36,308 nucleotides of DNA from Armatimonadota bacterium (GTDB lineage Bacteria > Armatimonadota > Armatimonadia > Armatimonadales > Armatimonadaceae): positions 1 through 36,308 of the forward strand of contig JAYUUO010000157.1 in assembly GCA_043754515.1 (NCBI GenBank). The letters run 5' to 3'. This document shows positions 17,985 to 27,838 of the stretch, piece by piece. A program made the position numbers and the translations under genes. The notes below the pieces were generated by a model that had not been told where the DNA came from, searched no databases, and saw nothing but the letters and a program-made list of their open reading frames with translations. How positions within the stretch are numbered: the stretch's first letter is position 1; each line of letters opens with the position of its first letter.

Positions 17985-18821
17985 ATGCTTACAGTTCAGC
18001 AGTCGCTCGAGCGCATTTCCGTCTATCGCCCCAGTCAGACCACTCCCGTTCTGACTCAGAACGCGGCGGCGGATCAGCGACCCTATATCCACCCGATCCT
18101 CGCGCCGGATGGCGTCGGGGAACTGACCGAGGACGGACCCGAACACCATCCCTGGCAGCATGGCCTCTATGTCGGTCTCAACGACGTGAATGGTATCGGC
18201 TTCTGGAACGAGGGCCGAACCGGTGACACCCTGTCCGACGGCACGTTTCACCCCCGCCCGCTCGGCGCGCCCGCGGTGTCCGGAAATGCAGCGACCTGGG
18301 AAGTGATCACCGATTGGAAGGCCCCGGACGGGACATTGTTGCTGGTCGAGACGCAAGCACTGCGATTGGCAGACGTGGGCGACACCTTCGTGCTGGATTG
18401 CGATTGGCGGCTTCGGGCCGCGGTCGCTCTGAAATTCGGTGCCTGCGCCTACGGCGGCCTGTTTCTGCGTATGCCCTGGCGTGCGGAGACGGGCGGAGAC
18501 GTACGGACCAGCGAGGGGGCGAACACGCGCGAGGCGGCGGAAGGCCAGCGTGCCCGCTGGGTGGCCCTCGCGATGCCAATACCAGGTCGTGCGAGCGATC
18601 CTGCTGGCATCGCCTTCTTTGACCATCCCGACAATCCCGGATATCCGAACCCGTGGCGCGTCGATGGTAATCTCGGGATCGTTCCCAGTCGCTGCATTCT
18701 CGGAGAATGGACGCTGCCCGAGAACACCGTCTCTAGCAATCGCTATCGTCTGCTCGCTTTTACCGGTCCGATCGACCCGGCCCGGATCGAAAAGGAATGG
18801 ACGCATTTTGCAGCCACATGA
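17985..18821 (+). CDS. PmoA-like/DUF6807 family protein
   Basis: RPYIHPILAPDG…LTEDGPEHHPWQHGLYVG, YGGLFLRM, FFDHPDNPGYPNPW. Confidence 0.75.
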   Translation: MLTVQQSLERISVYRPSQTTPVLTQNAAADQRPYIHPILAPDGVGELTEDGPEHHPWQHGLYVGLNDVNGIGFWNEGRTGDTLSDGTFHPRPLGAPAVSGNAATWEVITDWKAPDGTLLLVETQALRLADVGDTFVLDCDWRLRAAVALKFGACAYGGLFLRMPWRAETGGDVRTSEGANTREAAEGQRARWVALAMPIPGRASDPAGIAFFDHPDNPGYPNPWRVDGNLGIVPSRCILGEWTLPENTVSSNRYRLLAFTGPIDPARIEKEWTHFAAT

Positions 18822-18843
18822 ACCAGAAAGAGAACCATTGACA

Positions 18844-19836
18844 ATGCGATCTGCGATCGTTGTTCACCCCGACTTCGAAGCGTACTGGCCCTTCGCCGCC
18901 GATTATGCCCGCCGCTACTGGAGCCGTCAGGGCGATATCACCTTTGTTCGGTTAGAACCGACGGACCGGCGCCCGGTCGGGGCGGTATTGGACGCCCCCG
19001 AAACGATCACGCGCCTCCTGGCACTGGGGGTTCCCGTCACCGACGCCTGCCTTGACGTGATGCCCGCACTGCGGGAAGCCGCGGTAGACGGGGAGCATGC
19101 CTCCCTTGAAAATCGGAACATCCGCGGCATCACGCAGCGCAATGAGGGTTTCTGGGGACAGTCCGTCGCGGAGTTCGGGCTGGCGCTCACCCTTTGCGGG
19201 CTGCGCCGCATTCCCCAACTGCATCACGCGATGATAACCGACCTGACCCCCTGGGATTATTCCCCGGTCGGGGGAGTCGGACGTCCCGCTCAGCGTGGCG
19301 TTCAGTTCGGGGACGATACCCGGTTTACCAACGGCACGATCGAGGGAAAACGTGTCCGCGTCGTCGGGGCGGGCAATATCGCCAGCCGGTATGCCAGTTT
19401 CATGCATCTGCTGGGTGCCGATGTCGCCGCATGGGACCCGTTCGCCACCGACCCGGCTTTTCATCGTGCCGGGTCGCGCCGGGAGCTCTTCCTGAATCGG
19501 TTAGTGCAGGACGCGGAGATCTTTGCGCCCATGGTCCCGCTGCTCGATAGTACGCGGGGCATCGTTACGGCGGCGCATATCGATGCCTTGCCGCAGGGGT
19601 GTCTTGTCGTGCTCGTGACTCGGGCTCTCATCTGCGATGTCCCGGCACTGCGTCGGCGGGTCCTCGCCGACGAATTGGCCCTCGCCGCCGACGTCTTCGA
19701 TATCGAACCGGTGCCGCTGAATGATGCCTTGCTTGGTCGTTCCAACGTCGTGCATACCCCGCACAATGCGGGGAGGACACAGCAGGCAAACGAACAATGG
19801 GCGGCGGCACTTCTGGCGCAGTTCGATCCGCAATAG
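18844..19836 (+). CDS. D-isomer-specific 2-hydroxyacid dehydrogenase
   Basis: QSVAEFGLAL, VVGAGNIA, PLLDSTRGIV, VTRA, DVFDIEP, TPHNAG (Arg/Glu/His triad). Confidence 0.85.
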   Translation: MRSAIVVHPDFEAYWPFAADYARRYWSRQGDITFVRLEPTDRRPVGAVLDAPETITRLLALGVPVTDACLDVMPALREAAVDGEHASLENRNIRGITQRNEGFWGQSVAEFGLALTLCGLRRIPQLHHAMITDLTPWDYSPVGGVGRPAQRGVQFGDDTRFTNGTIEGKRVRVVGAGNIASRYASFMHLLGADVAAWDPFATDPAFHRAGSRRELFLNRLVQDAEIFAPMVPLLDSTRGIVTAAHIDALPQGCLVVLVTRALICDVPALRRRVLADELALAADVFDIEPVPLNDALLGRSNVVHTPHNAGRTQQANEQWAAALLAQFDPQ

Positions 19837-19957
19837 CGGCGTTCGGACGAGCCAACCGTGCGGCAAGACGGCACGGCGGCGGGATGCAAATTCTCCACTT
19901 CGATGGGCATACCTGGCTTGTGCCTCCCGCGATCCCCGACGGTGACTGATGGGGGAA

Positions 19958-20000
19958 GGCGAATCGGTGACGGGCGATTGCCTGCCGTCAGCGATTCGCC
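19958..20000. terminator. Hairpin between convergent operons (likely bidirectional terminator)
   Basis: GGCGAATCGGTGACGG / CCGTCAGCGATTCGCC, 15/16 pairing. Confidence 0.55.
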
Positions 20001-20012
20001 CGTATGCTCTCG

Positions 20013-22940
20013 CTACCGCCGCTTCGCGACGGCGGGCGTGTCAGCCGGCTCGCCGTAGAAGAAGCCGCGCCCGCCCGTGCCGACATACACACGCCCGAAC
20101 ACCTGCATGTCGCCGATCAGCACGCCGATCCCATTCAGCCCCTGCGACGTTGGGTTCACGCGGACGAATGTCTTGCCCAGATCAATCGAGCGGTACAGCG
20201 CGGCACTCACCGCCGTGTCGCTCGCCGGATGGGTGCCGCCGAGCTGCCCGTAGACGAATAGGGTGGGGGTCTTCGTTCCCGGCGCGGCTTTCCCGAACGC
20301 GGCTTGTACGCTCCACTCGACCCCGCTCAGCCGTGTCCATGTCTTGCCGCCGTCCGCGCTGTGCAGGAGCCCTTTCTCGGACAGCGAGAGCCAGACGTCG
20401 CCCGCCATCCCCGGCGCGGTGAGAAGTTTGTGCGAATCGAAGTGCGCCCCGGCCTGCGTAGGGAGAGTCGCCCGCCGCTTCCATGTTGCGCCGCCGTCCT
20501 CGGACGCGAAGAAGCCGCCATCACGCCGGTCATACAGGTAGAACGTATGCGGCTTTACGCGGTCGGCGGCGAGCGGCTTGAAGAACGTCCAGGGCCCGTC
20601 GCCATTGATACAGCCACTCGGCGCGCCGCTTCCCGCGCTCCATGATTTGCCGCCATCCGTCGTGAAGAACGTCGGCTTGTTCTCGCCTTTCACATCGTCC
20701 ATCGGCATCCAGACCAGGTTATCGGCGTCGTCCGCCGAGACCGCTATCCGCCCGAACTTCGCGCCCGGCGTCGGCTTCGAGGCGAACTCACGGAGCGTCT
20801 TGCCGTTGTCACGCGACACCGCCGCCGTGCCCGAGTTGTTCCACTGCCAGCCGCCCGCGACCGCGATCACATCGGGCATTTTCGGCGAAGCGTCCATATC
20901 AAACACATCCTGGAAAACGTTGCGCCAGCCCTCCGTGCCCGGTTTGCCGTCCGCTGACAGGAGCGGGATCTTGCGCGACGGGTACTTATCCAGCGCGTCG
21001 TGGCGGAACGCGCCGCAGTCCCATACCCCCGACACGAACGCCGCGCCCACGGACGGCGACACGCCCGACGCGACGGTCATCTGCTCTCGCCCCTCGCCGA
21101 ACAGCGACGCCTTCAACTTATCGGTTCCTAGCCCGGTGATGATGCTGGGGCCGGAAAACGACATGTGGTACAGGCTGGTCGGGTCGGCGGTGTCGAACGC
21201 GACATCGGACGCGTTCCCGCCCCAATCGTAGCCGGGGCCGCTATCCCAGGCCGGGTAGCTGACGCGGGCTATCGTGCCGCCGAGTGGGTTCGATTTGTCG
21301 AAGGCATATACACGCCAGGTCTCGCCCGCGTCCTCCGAGTAGTAGACGGTGCCGAGTGCGCCGTAGGTCGGCGCGCAGACTATGCGGCGCGGGTTCTTGG
21401 GGTCCAAGTTGATCCCGCAGAATGCCTTCCCCTTCCCGCCGCTAGGGGTGATGTCGCGCCATATTCCGCCCGCGTACTTCCAGACCGACCCGCCGCCGCC
21501 CGGTTTATCGGCGGTGCCGGAACCGATCGCGGTCACATAGAGCGTGCCGTCCGGAGCGAGCCGCCCGCGCATCGGGTTCGCGCCACCTTCGGGGCCTCCA
21601 CTGAGAAGAGTCCAGGTCATGCCGTCGTCCGCCGACCGGTAGACGCCGCCCGGCACCGTCGGCGCGTCCGGCTCGTCGTCCCGCGCACCCCGATGCACGC
21701 CGACATACAGCAAGTTGCGCGTCGCGTCCGCCGAAACGAACGTCAGGCCGGTGTAGCGGCCGCCTTTTGCCGGGAACGACTTCACGCTCTTCCACGTCCT
21801 TGCCCCGTCCCGCGTCACGAACAGGCCGTCGTTGCGTGTCCCGAACCAGACCGTTTTCGGCGCGCGGGGGTTGATACACAGCCGCTCGCCGCCCTGCTTA
21901 TCGTCCCCGTTTCCCGCACTCAATACCGGCTCGCCGCGCTCGTTTTTAAGCCCCGTTCGCGCCCACGTCTTGCCACCGTCAACCGTTTTCAGCACGTCGT
22001 GCGTTTGCGACCAGCGACCGCCGCCGCCCGCTACGTAGAGGGTATCCGGGTCGGATGGATCAACGGCGACGCTGTCGGCGGTGACCAGGTCGCGGTCTTT
22101 CCACGTCAACTGATCCGAGAGCGAGTCCCAGCGGTGCTTCGCCCGGTTCAGCCGCCAGACCCCGCCGCCGTCCGCCCGTAGATAGACGGTCTCCGGGTGC
22201 GTCGGCGACCAGATCAGACCCGTGGCGTATTCGACACCGCCGTAGATTGCGTTATCCCAGTGGTAGGGCACGATCATGTTCTTGACCGTCACGGGCGCGG
22301 TCGGCGCGACCGGCACCGGGGCACCCGCCGGGTCGGGCGCGGCGATAGCGACGGCAGAAACGTCGTCGAGCCACGCCTTGCCGACCCCGTCCACCGAGAA
22401 GTAGGTGATCACATGCGCCGCGCCAGCCGGTAGATCAACCGTCTTCTCGAAGGATTTCCAGCCCCCTTCGTGCGGGGCGTCAACCGCGATCCAGTCGAGC
22501 TGCTTGCTCCAGTCCGCGTTGAAGACTTGCAGGATGAGCTGGAACTGCTTCCAATCGGTGCCGCTCGCCCTCGTAAACCCACGCAGTTCCACCGAAGCAC
22601 CGGGCTGCGGCACGGAGGCGAACGCGGTTTGTGCGGCACACTTTAGCGGGCTACCGTCGGTGGTATCCAGGCAGAGCGATCCCGCCGCGCCGTGGCCAGA
22701 TGCCATATCGCGCGTGAGACGGACTGAGGCGGATGCCCCTTTCTGTAGCTCCCAGCCGATGGGCACCTTCGCCCCACCGGCGAAATCCCCGTTGGGCAGA
22801 AGATCACCCACCACCCGCGCGCTAGCACAGGTGGCTACCTGTGCGCGCGTGCTGGAACAGGAGACGGTGCTCGCGAGCACCAGACAGGAAGCGGCGACGA
22901 GAGATCGCCGCGAAAGTAACATCATGCTTTCGTGTGTCAT
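20013..22940 (-). CDS. Secreted GH74-like (xyloglucanase-type) glycoside hydrolase with N-terminal CBM4/9-like domain
   Basis: Signal peptide; LLPNGDF…LDDVS CBM-like domain; YLRADGGGVWR and SGVWDCGAFRH (the two catalytic Asp regions); many BNR repeats (SxDxGxTW); GRVYVGTGGRG. Confidence 0.85.
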   Translation of the reverse strand: MTHESMMLLSRRSLVAASCLVLASTVSCSSTRAQVATCASARVVGDLLPNGDFAGGAKVPIGWELQKGASASVRLTRDMASGHGAAGSLCLDTTDGSPLKCAAQTAFASVPQPGASVELRGFTRASGTDWKQFQLILQVFNADWSKQLDWIAVDAPHEGGWKSFEKTVDLPAGAAHVITYFSVDGVGKAWLDDVSAVAIAAPDPAGAPVPVAPTAPVTVKNMIVPYHWDNAIYGGVEYATGLIWSPTHPETVYLRADGGGVWRLNRAKHRWDSLSDQLTWKDRDLVTADSVAVDPSDPDTLYVAGGGGRWSQTHDVLKTVDGGKTWARTGLKNERGEPVLSAGNGDDKQGGERLCINPRAPKTVWFGTRNDGLFVTRDGARTWKSVKSFPAKGGRYTGLTFVSADATRNLLYVGVHRGARDDEPDAPTVPGGVYRSADDGMTWTLLSGGPEGGANPMRGRLAPDGTLYVTAIGSGTADKPGGGGSVWKYAGGIWRDITPSGGKGKAFCGINLDPKNPRRIVCAPTYGALGTVYYSEDAGETWRVYAFDKSNPLGGTIARVSYPAWDSGPGYDWGGNASDVAFDTADPTSLYHMSFSGPSIITGLGTDKLKASLFGEGREQMTVASGVSPSVGAAFVSGVWDCGAFRHDALDKYPSRKIPLLSADGKPGTEGWRNVFQDVFDMDASPKMPDVIAVAGGWQWNNSGTAAVSRDNGKTLREFASKPTPGAKFGRIAVSADDADNLVWMPMDDVKGENKPTFFTTDGGKSWSAGSGAPSGCINGDGPWTFFKPLAADRVKPHTFYLYDRRDGGFFASEDGGATWKRRATLPTQAGAHFDSHKLLTAPGMAGDVWLSLSEKGLLHSADGGKTWTRLSGVEWSVQAAFGKAAPGTKTPTLFVYGQLGGTHPASDTAVSAALYRSIDLGKTFVRVNPTSQGLNGIGVLIGDMQVFGRVYVGTGGRGFFYGEPADTPAVAKRR

Positions 22941-22982
22941 AAAATAAATTAGGAATGTACCGGGCGGTGCTGGGAACAGCGG

Positions 22983-23669
22983 CTACGGATTCGCCCGGAT
23001 TGAAATATCGTCCAGGTTCAGGCTGCCCTCGCCGTCCCCGACGATGCCAATAACGCCGGTAGACGCCGCGCTGTCTACGGGCACGGTCGCTGAGTAGGTC
23101 TTCCACTCGCCGTCTTTTTGGCCGGCGAACGACGCGACAATGACATATTTATTCGATGACCAGTCTTTATTGAGCAACTGGGTGACGATCTCCGCCTGCT
23201 TCCAATTGCCGCGCTTACAGACGATCACGGTCACCGTGAAGGAGTGTCCTGGTGGCACCGGTAGCTTCTTGAAAAGAGACGACGCGGAACGCCCCGCGAT
23301 GCGACCGGCCCCCGGCACCGTCCAGAGTCGTACGGAGGCGGGGGCGGTATGGAACACGTTCTGATCGCGCGTGATGAACATACGTTTATCCGCGAGGTCC
23401 GCGCGCGACCAGCCTGGTATCGTGTCGCTGTGCCCGTCGCCGACGAACTCCGGGTTCTCCAAGCATTGCGCCGTCAGGTCGCCCGGAATGGCTAGGATGG
23501 GGTGGATGGGACTCGCCTCCGCCCTCGCTAGTAGAGCCGATGAGGGCGTCTCTGTCCGCCGCCTGGCGTCGGCCGCGATGTCGTTTTTCCCCCGCATGGC
23601 TACTATGGCGAGGGCCGCGAACACTACCAAGAGCGTGACTGCCCCCATCGGTTTTAAGATGATCTTCAT
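22983..23669 (-). CDS. Membrane-anchored carbohydrate-binding-domain protein (CBM4/9-like)
   Basis: N-terminal TM helix; LENPEF…PGW…GEWKTYS…LNLDDISI; similar to the GH74 N-terminal domain; AAGGA RBS. Confidence 0.7.
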   Translation of the reverse strand: MKIILKPMGAVTLLVVFAALAIVAMRGKNDIAADARRRTETPSSALLARAEASPIHPILAIPGDLTAQCLENPEFVGDGHSDTIPGWSRADLADKRMFITRDQNVFHTAPASVRLWTVPGAGRIAGRSASSLFKKLPVPPGHSFTVTVIVCKRGNWKQAEIVTQLLNKDWSSNKYVIVASFAGQKDGEWKTYSATVPVDSAASTGVIGIVGDGEGSLNLDDISIRANP

Positions 23670-23742
23670 GAGCGATCCTTGTTCGTTATTTACACATGTC
23701 GCGTCCGCGCGGAAAGGTGGGTGATTAATCCGCCCCTGTCCA

Positions 23743-24021
23743 CTACGGCTTCTTCGGCGAACCGCCGACAGGACCCTGAGGGCCAGATATGCCCATGGCG
23801 TTCGGATTCTGCTTTGACCGCTCGGCGAGTTTTTGGTTCACCTGTGCCATCTGCTCTTCGGTGATATGACCGCCACGAAACTTCTCGCGGCTCGCGGCAT
23901 CGGATTTAGCACCCTGCTTCTGTTCCGCCGAACACCCTGTGATGACGGTAGCCGCCCCCCAAAGGGCGGCTACCATCAGCGGAAGCATGCGGCGGCTCAA
24001 CATCGTTGCTTCATTTCGCAT
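23743..24021 (-). CDS. Small lipoprotein associated with the DUF1559 gene
   Basis: Hydrophobic signal with lipobox ITG-C; immediately follows the DUF1559 gene. Confidence 0.7.
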   Translation of the reverse strand: MRNEATMLSRRMLPLMVAALWGAATVITGCSAEQKQGAKSDAASREKFRGGHITEEQMAQVNQKLAERSKQNPNAMGISGPQGPVGGSPKKP

Positions 24022-24025
24022 TCTT

Positions 24026-24922
24026 TTACTTTCGTCGGCTGTTCCACATGTTGTCTTGCGGGCGGTTGTCCGGATCAGGGTTCGTGGCTTCCGGCTTCAT
24101 GGACTTCGCGTGCCCGTCGGTGAAGACGAAGTTGGCCATGCCGCTATGTTTCGTGGACACGCCGCCCGCGACGCCGCCCGGATACGCGGCGGTTTTACTA
24201 CCGGTACCACTCGGAATGCGGGACGCCATCCAGTCAAACCAGTTCACCCAGTTCGGGACGCGCAGGACTGAACTGAAGTTGCCCTCGACGTTGTTACCCA
24301 TCGTGCCGCCGGACTGCTTCAGAACATCATCATTATGCTTTTCAGAGATCATAATAGTCTCGGATGGTCGGACCACGTTCGCGAACGGGGTGCCACCGCC
24401 GTCGGCCAGCTTCGCCGCACACCAGTCGTTCGGGTTCCAGACGCCCATGACCCCGAACACCGGGCCACACCAGTCCGGGTATCCGGGCGCGCCGAGGGTC
24501 TGCTCGTAGCCGTTGGCCGTGTAGGAGATCGGGGAACCCGCCCACGACCAGTCGTCCGGACCGAGCATGTTTGTTCCGATGTGCTGTTGGTCGCTATCAT
24601 CCGGGCAGTGGAACACGGCGAGGCTCTTCACATACGGCTCGGTGTATTTCGCCCAGGTGCCCTGCATCCAGAAGCCGCGATCAACACCGCCCATCGGGAA
24701 CACTTCGTCATAGTCTTGCGAATACTGGATCACGGCGAGGCCCAACTGCTTCTCGTTCGACAAACAGGACGTCTGCCGCGCCTTCTCGCGTGCCTGTGCA
24801 AAAACGGGGAACAGAATCGCGGCGAGAATGGCGATAATTGCTATTACGACGAGCAGTTCGATCAGCGTGAAGCCGCTACGGGCGGCGGGACGGGTCTTTT
24901 CCAAAAGGAGCATACATTGCAT
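24026..24922 (-). CDS. DUF1559 prepilin-type N-terminal cleavage/methylation protein with H-X9-DG motif
   Basis: [70 protein letters not shown] before ATG 24922. Confidence 0.93.
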   Translation of the reverse strand: MQCMLLLEKTRPAARSGFTLIELLVVIAIIAILAAILFPVFAQAREKARQTSCLSNEKQLGLAVIQYSQDYDEVFPMGGVDRGFWMQGTWAKYTEPYVKSLAVFHCPDDSDQQHIGTNMLGPDDWSWAGSPISYTANGYEQTLGAPGYPDWCGPVFGVMGVWNPNDWCAAKLADGGGTPFANVVRPSETIMISEKHNDDVLKQSGGTMGNNVEGNFSSVLRVPNWVNWFDWMASRIPSGTGSKTAAYPGGVAGGVSTKHSGMANFVFTDGHAKSMKPEATNPDPDNRPQDNMWNSRRK

Positions 24923-25048
24923 TACTTCTATTCCTTCATCAGTCATTGGTGTCGTTATCATTGTCCCGCGACTATCACTCTGCCTGGCTTACGGGACGGC
25001 TCGCCGGGCAACATTGTTAAATCGTTATGCGGCCTGACCACTTCGGGA

Positions 25049-26047
25049 TCATGTGGTTCCGCCGATCTGGAGTCGTGACGGGATCATTACCTGCTCCCCC
25101 GTCGGCTTCAGACCGCCCTCAATGCGGGCGAGTAGCAGGCCGCTAGCGGCCGCCATCATTTCGGACGCGGAGCCGACCACGGTTGTGAGCGGCCGCTCTA
25201 AAAATTGCCCGTCCTCAATCCCGTCGAAGCCGGAAACCGCGATGTCCTCGGGGATGCGTAATCCGGCGCGTTGCAACGCGCGGCACAGTCCCACGGCGAT
25301 CAGGTCGTTGTGGCAACAGATCGCGCGGGGGCGGTCCGCCGCCGGTCGCTTCGCTATCGCCTCCCCGAGCCGATACCCGGCGGCGCGGGATTCCATGAAA
25401 TCGGTGTCGGCTTCCTCGACCGACAAGCCGGACCGCTCGCATGCCTCCAGAAATCCTCGGTACCGCAGATCCTTGCTGATGGAGCGCGGCGGGATGTTCG
25501 AGATGAAAAGCACCCGCCGGTAGCCGCGCTCGGCGAAATGCGCCCCGGTAGCATAGCCGCCCGCCTTGTAATCGAAGTAGACAGCATCTTCGCCGTCGGC
25601 GCGCGGTACGCCCAGATAAATCGTAGGCACATCCATCGCGCCTTCGCCCAGATATTCGCCGACGTGCTGTGACTCGCCGCCTGCCATCAGCACTCCGTCA
25701 AGTGGCCAACCGCGCAACTTCGCCGGACGCCCGTACACCTCGCCCTGCGGCGGGGCCGCGTCCAGGACGACCTGGTAACCAGCGGCAAGCAAGTGTTTCT
25801 CGGCGGCTTCGGCGAGTGACACGAAATACGGGTTCTGTAATCCGCCGATCAGGAGCGCGATGGTTTGTGTCCTTCGCTTGCCCAGACCCCGCGCGAACCG
25901 ATTCGGCTGGTATCCCAGTGCGCGAGCGGCGTTCACGACCCGGTCCCGAGTTTCCGGTGTGATGCGCGACGGAACCCCGTTCAGGACTTTCGAAACGGTG
26001 CAGGAGGAGACGCCTGCTTTTTCTGCGACACTGCGAATTGAGTTCAT
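25049..26047 (-). CDS. LacI-family transcriptional regulator
   Basis: SIRSVAEKAGVSSCTVSKVLN…LGYQPNRFARGL; CHNDLIAVG; IPEDIAVSGFDG; PLTTV. Confidence 0.95.
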   Translation of the reverse strand: MNSIRSVAEKAGVSSCTVSKVLNGVPSRITPETRDRVVNAARALGYQPNRFARGLGKRRTQTIALLIGGLQNPYFVSLAEAAEKHLLAAGYQVVLDAAPPQGEVYGRPAKLRGWPLDGVLMAGGESQHVGEYLGEGAMDVPTIYLGVPRADGEDAVYFDYKAGGYATGAHFAERGYRRVLFISNIPPRSISKDLRYRGFLEACERSGLSVEEADTDFMESRAAGYRLGEAIAKRPAADRPRAICCHNDLIAVGLCRALQRAGLRIPEDIAVSGFDGIEDGQFLERPLTTVVGSASEMMAAASGLLLARIEGGLKPTGEQVMIPSRLQIGGTT

Positions 26048-26073
26048 GGTACCTTCAGCGAGACAATGCTATA

Positions 26074-26130
26074 GGATAATCGCTTATCCAAAATGTGCAT
26101 TCGTATAGATTATAGGATAACCGGTTATTC
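26074..26130. promoter_or_regulatory. Two LacI-type operators (GGATAAnCGnTTATyC)
   Basis: GGATAATCGCTTATCC at 26074-26089 and GGATAACCGGTTATTC at 26115-26130; central CG; 41 bp apart. Confidence 0.8.
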
Positions 26131-26131
26131 A

Positions 26132-26160
26132 AATGTAACACGACTGTTTCTTTTTGTCAA
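26132..26160 (-). promoter_or_regulatory. Sigma70 promoter of the lacI-DUF1559-GH74 unit
   Basis: TTGACA-N17-TACATT with TGn extension on the minus strand. Confidence 0.75.
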
Positions 26161-26203
26161 GGCCCGAGCGAAAACAGTTCCGGAGAAGTCCCCAAGGATG
26201 GGT

Positions 26204-27838
26204 TTACCAGCGGGCGAGGAGATGCACCGCCGTTCGGTAGGCGAGTGCCTGGATCGTCAGGAATGGGTTGAACGAGCCGTTCGTCACGTGTACGGAGCCG
26301 TCGCCGACATATAGATTCGTGAACTCGTGAACCCGGCAATCCCGGTCCGTCACGCCGTCCGTCGGGTCGTCGCTCATCCGGCAAGTACCCGCCTGATGCT
26401 GGCCGCCGGTAAAGGATGCGCGAGACGGGCTTCCCCATATCTCCACCGCGCCACTCGCGCGGAGCCATTCCCGCGCGCGCTCGTGGATGAACGCACCGGT
26501 CCGCACCGTCTCTGGGTGTACTTCGCCTGAAAGCCGGGCGACGGGTAGCCCGTGCCGATCGCGCACGGTGGGGTCGAGCCGCATGCCCATGTCCGGCGTC
26601 GGTATTTCCTGCACCGGTCCCAGCACCAGGAGAGAGCGGCGATAGTTGAGGCGCATCCACTCCTTCGCGGCGGCCCCCCGGCGCGGGACGCTGGGCGGTA
26701 GATGTCGCTTCCAGAACATCACCGGAAGGATCACGAAATCGTCCGCCAGCATCGCGCCGCCAATAACGCCGTCTGGGTTGCCGTGACAGAACTCCGCCGT
26801 CGCCACCGATGGCCCCGGCCCGATTCCGTCGAACGTGTCCCACGGAAACCGCCCCATTGCCCCCGGATAGAAGTGCCCTTGCAAATGCCGTCCCAAGTGC
26901 TGGTGCTTATTCTTGACACCCGACAGGAGTAGCAGCCGCGCGGTCTCGACCGCGCCGCAGGCGACCACGACCACGGAGGCGCGGGCGAGGCGCGGGTTGC
27001 CGTCCGCGCCGAAGTACGACACCCCGGTCGCGGTCTTCCCGTCGTGCTCGATTCGGAACGCCGTCGCGCCCGCTTCGAGATCGCACCGACCGGAAAGAAG
27101 CGCGCGGGGGATCAGCGTGTTGTGCGTGCCGTTCTTGGCGTCCACCGGGCACGCGAAGCCGGGACACTCGCCGCAGTGGATGCACGCCGGTCGGCCGTCG
27201 CGCGGGATCGAATTGATCGCGAGTGGCACGGGAAATGTCTTCCAGCCGAGTGACGCCGCGCCCGCTCGGAGCGTCCGTCCCTGCGCCGTGTCGGGTGTGA
27301 CCGGGGGCATGGGGTAGGGCGCGTCCGGCCCTGGCAAGTAGCCCGCGCCTAAAGTTGCGGCGTCGCCGCAGACCCCCAGTTCGTGTTCCGCACGCGAATA
27401 GAACGGTGCCAGTTCGTCGTAGCCGATGGGCCAGTCCGCGAGTGAGGAACCGGCAGGCATCCCGTACGTGGATGCCATACGAAAATCGAGCGGATGAAAC
27501 CGCCACGCCTGACCGCCATAGACGCGTGTGCCGCCCCCGCCAATCGCGGCGTTGTTGGAATACGTCCCGTCGCCCGCTAGCACTGCCCGCGCGACACCTC
27601 CCGCGCCCTCGAACACGCGTGGGTTGCCGGGTAGGTCGTCCGGGCCGGCGTTCACGCCGTGTCGCGACAGCCGCTGATTGCGCAGATGATCGCGCCCTAT
27701 GTCGCCGGGGCGCGGCGCGTCTCGTCCTTTTTCGAGGAGTAGGACGCGCTTGCCGCCTTCGCTCATCACCCCCGCTATCGTCCCGCCGCCCGCGCCGGAG
27801 CCGACCACGATCACGTCATAGTCCTTGCCGGTGTTCAA
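26204..27838 (-). CDS. GMC-family flavoprotein oxidoreductase (gluconate-2-DH/glycoside-3-DH large-subunit-like)
   Basis: DVIVVGSGAGGG, GGGTRVYGG, DWPIGYDELAPFY, CIHCGECPGFAC Cys cluster, HQAGTCRM, NPFLTIQALA; TTG start overlaps the upstream stop; GGAGGG RBS. Confidence 0.92.
   Translation of the reverse strand: MNTGKDYDVIVVGSGAGGGTIAGVMSEGGKRVLLLEKGRDAPRPGDIGRDHLRNQRLSRHGVNAGPDDLPGNPRVFEGAGGVARAVLAGDGTYSNNAAIGGGGTRVYGGQAWRFHPLDFRMASTYGMPAGSSLADWPIGYDELAPFYSRAEHELGVCGDAATLGAGYLPGPDAPYPMPPVTPDTAQGRTLRAGAASLGWKTFPVPLAINSIPRDGRPACIHCGECPGFACPVDAKNGTHNTLIPRALLSGRCDLEAGATAFRIEHDGKTATGVSYFGADGNPRLARASVVVVACGAVETARLLLLSGVKNKHQHLGRHLQGHFYPGAMGRFPWDTFDGIGPGPSVATAEFCHGNPDGVIGGAMLADDFVILPVMFWKRHLPPSVPRRGAAAKEWMRLNYRRSLLVLGPVQEIPTPDMGMRLDPTVRDRHGLPVARLSGEVHPETVRTGAFIHERAREWLRASGAVEIWGSPSRASFTGGQHQAGTCRMSDDPTDGVTDRDCRVHEFTNLYVGDGSVHVTNGSFNPFLTIQALAYRTAVHLLARW

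Noticed and set aside
17985..18821. Particulate methane monooxygenase subunit
   Set aside because: The PmoA-like label is only a domain-family name; the protein lacks multiple TM helices and there is no pmoB/pmoC.
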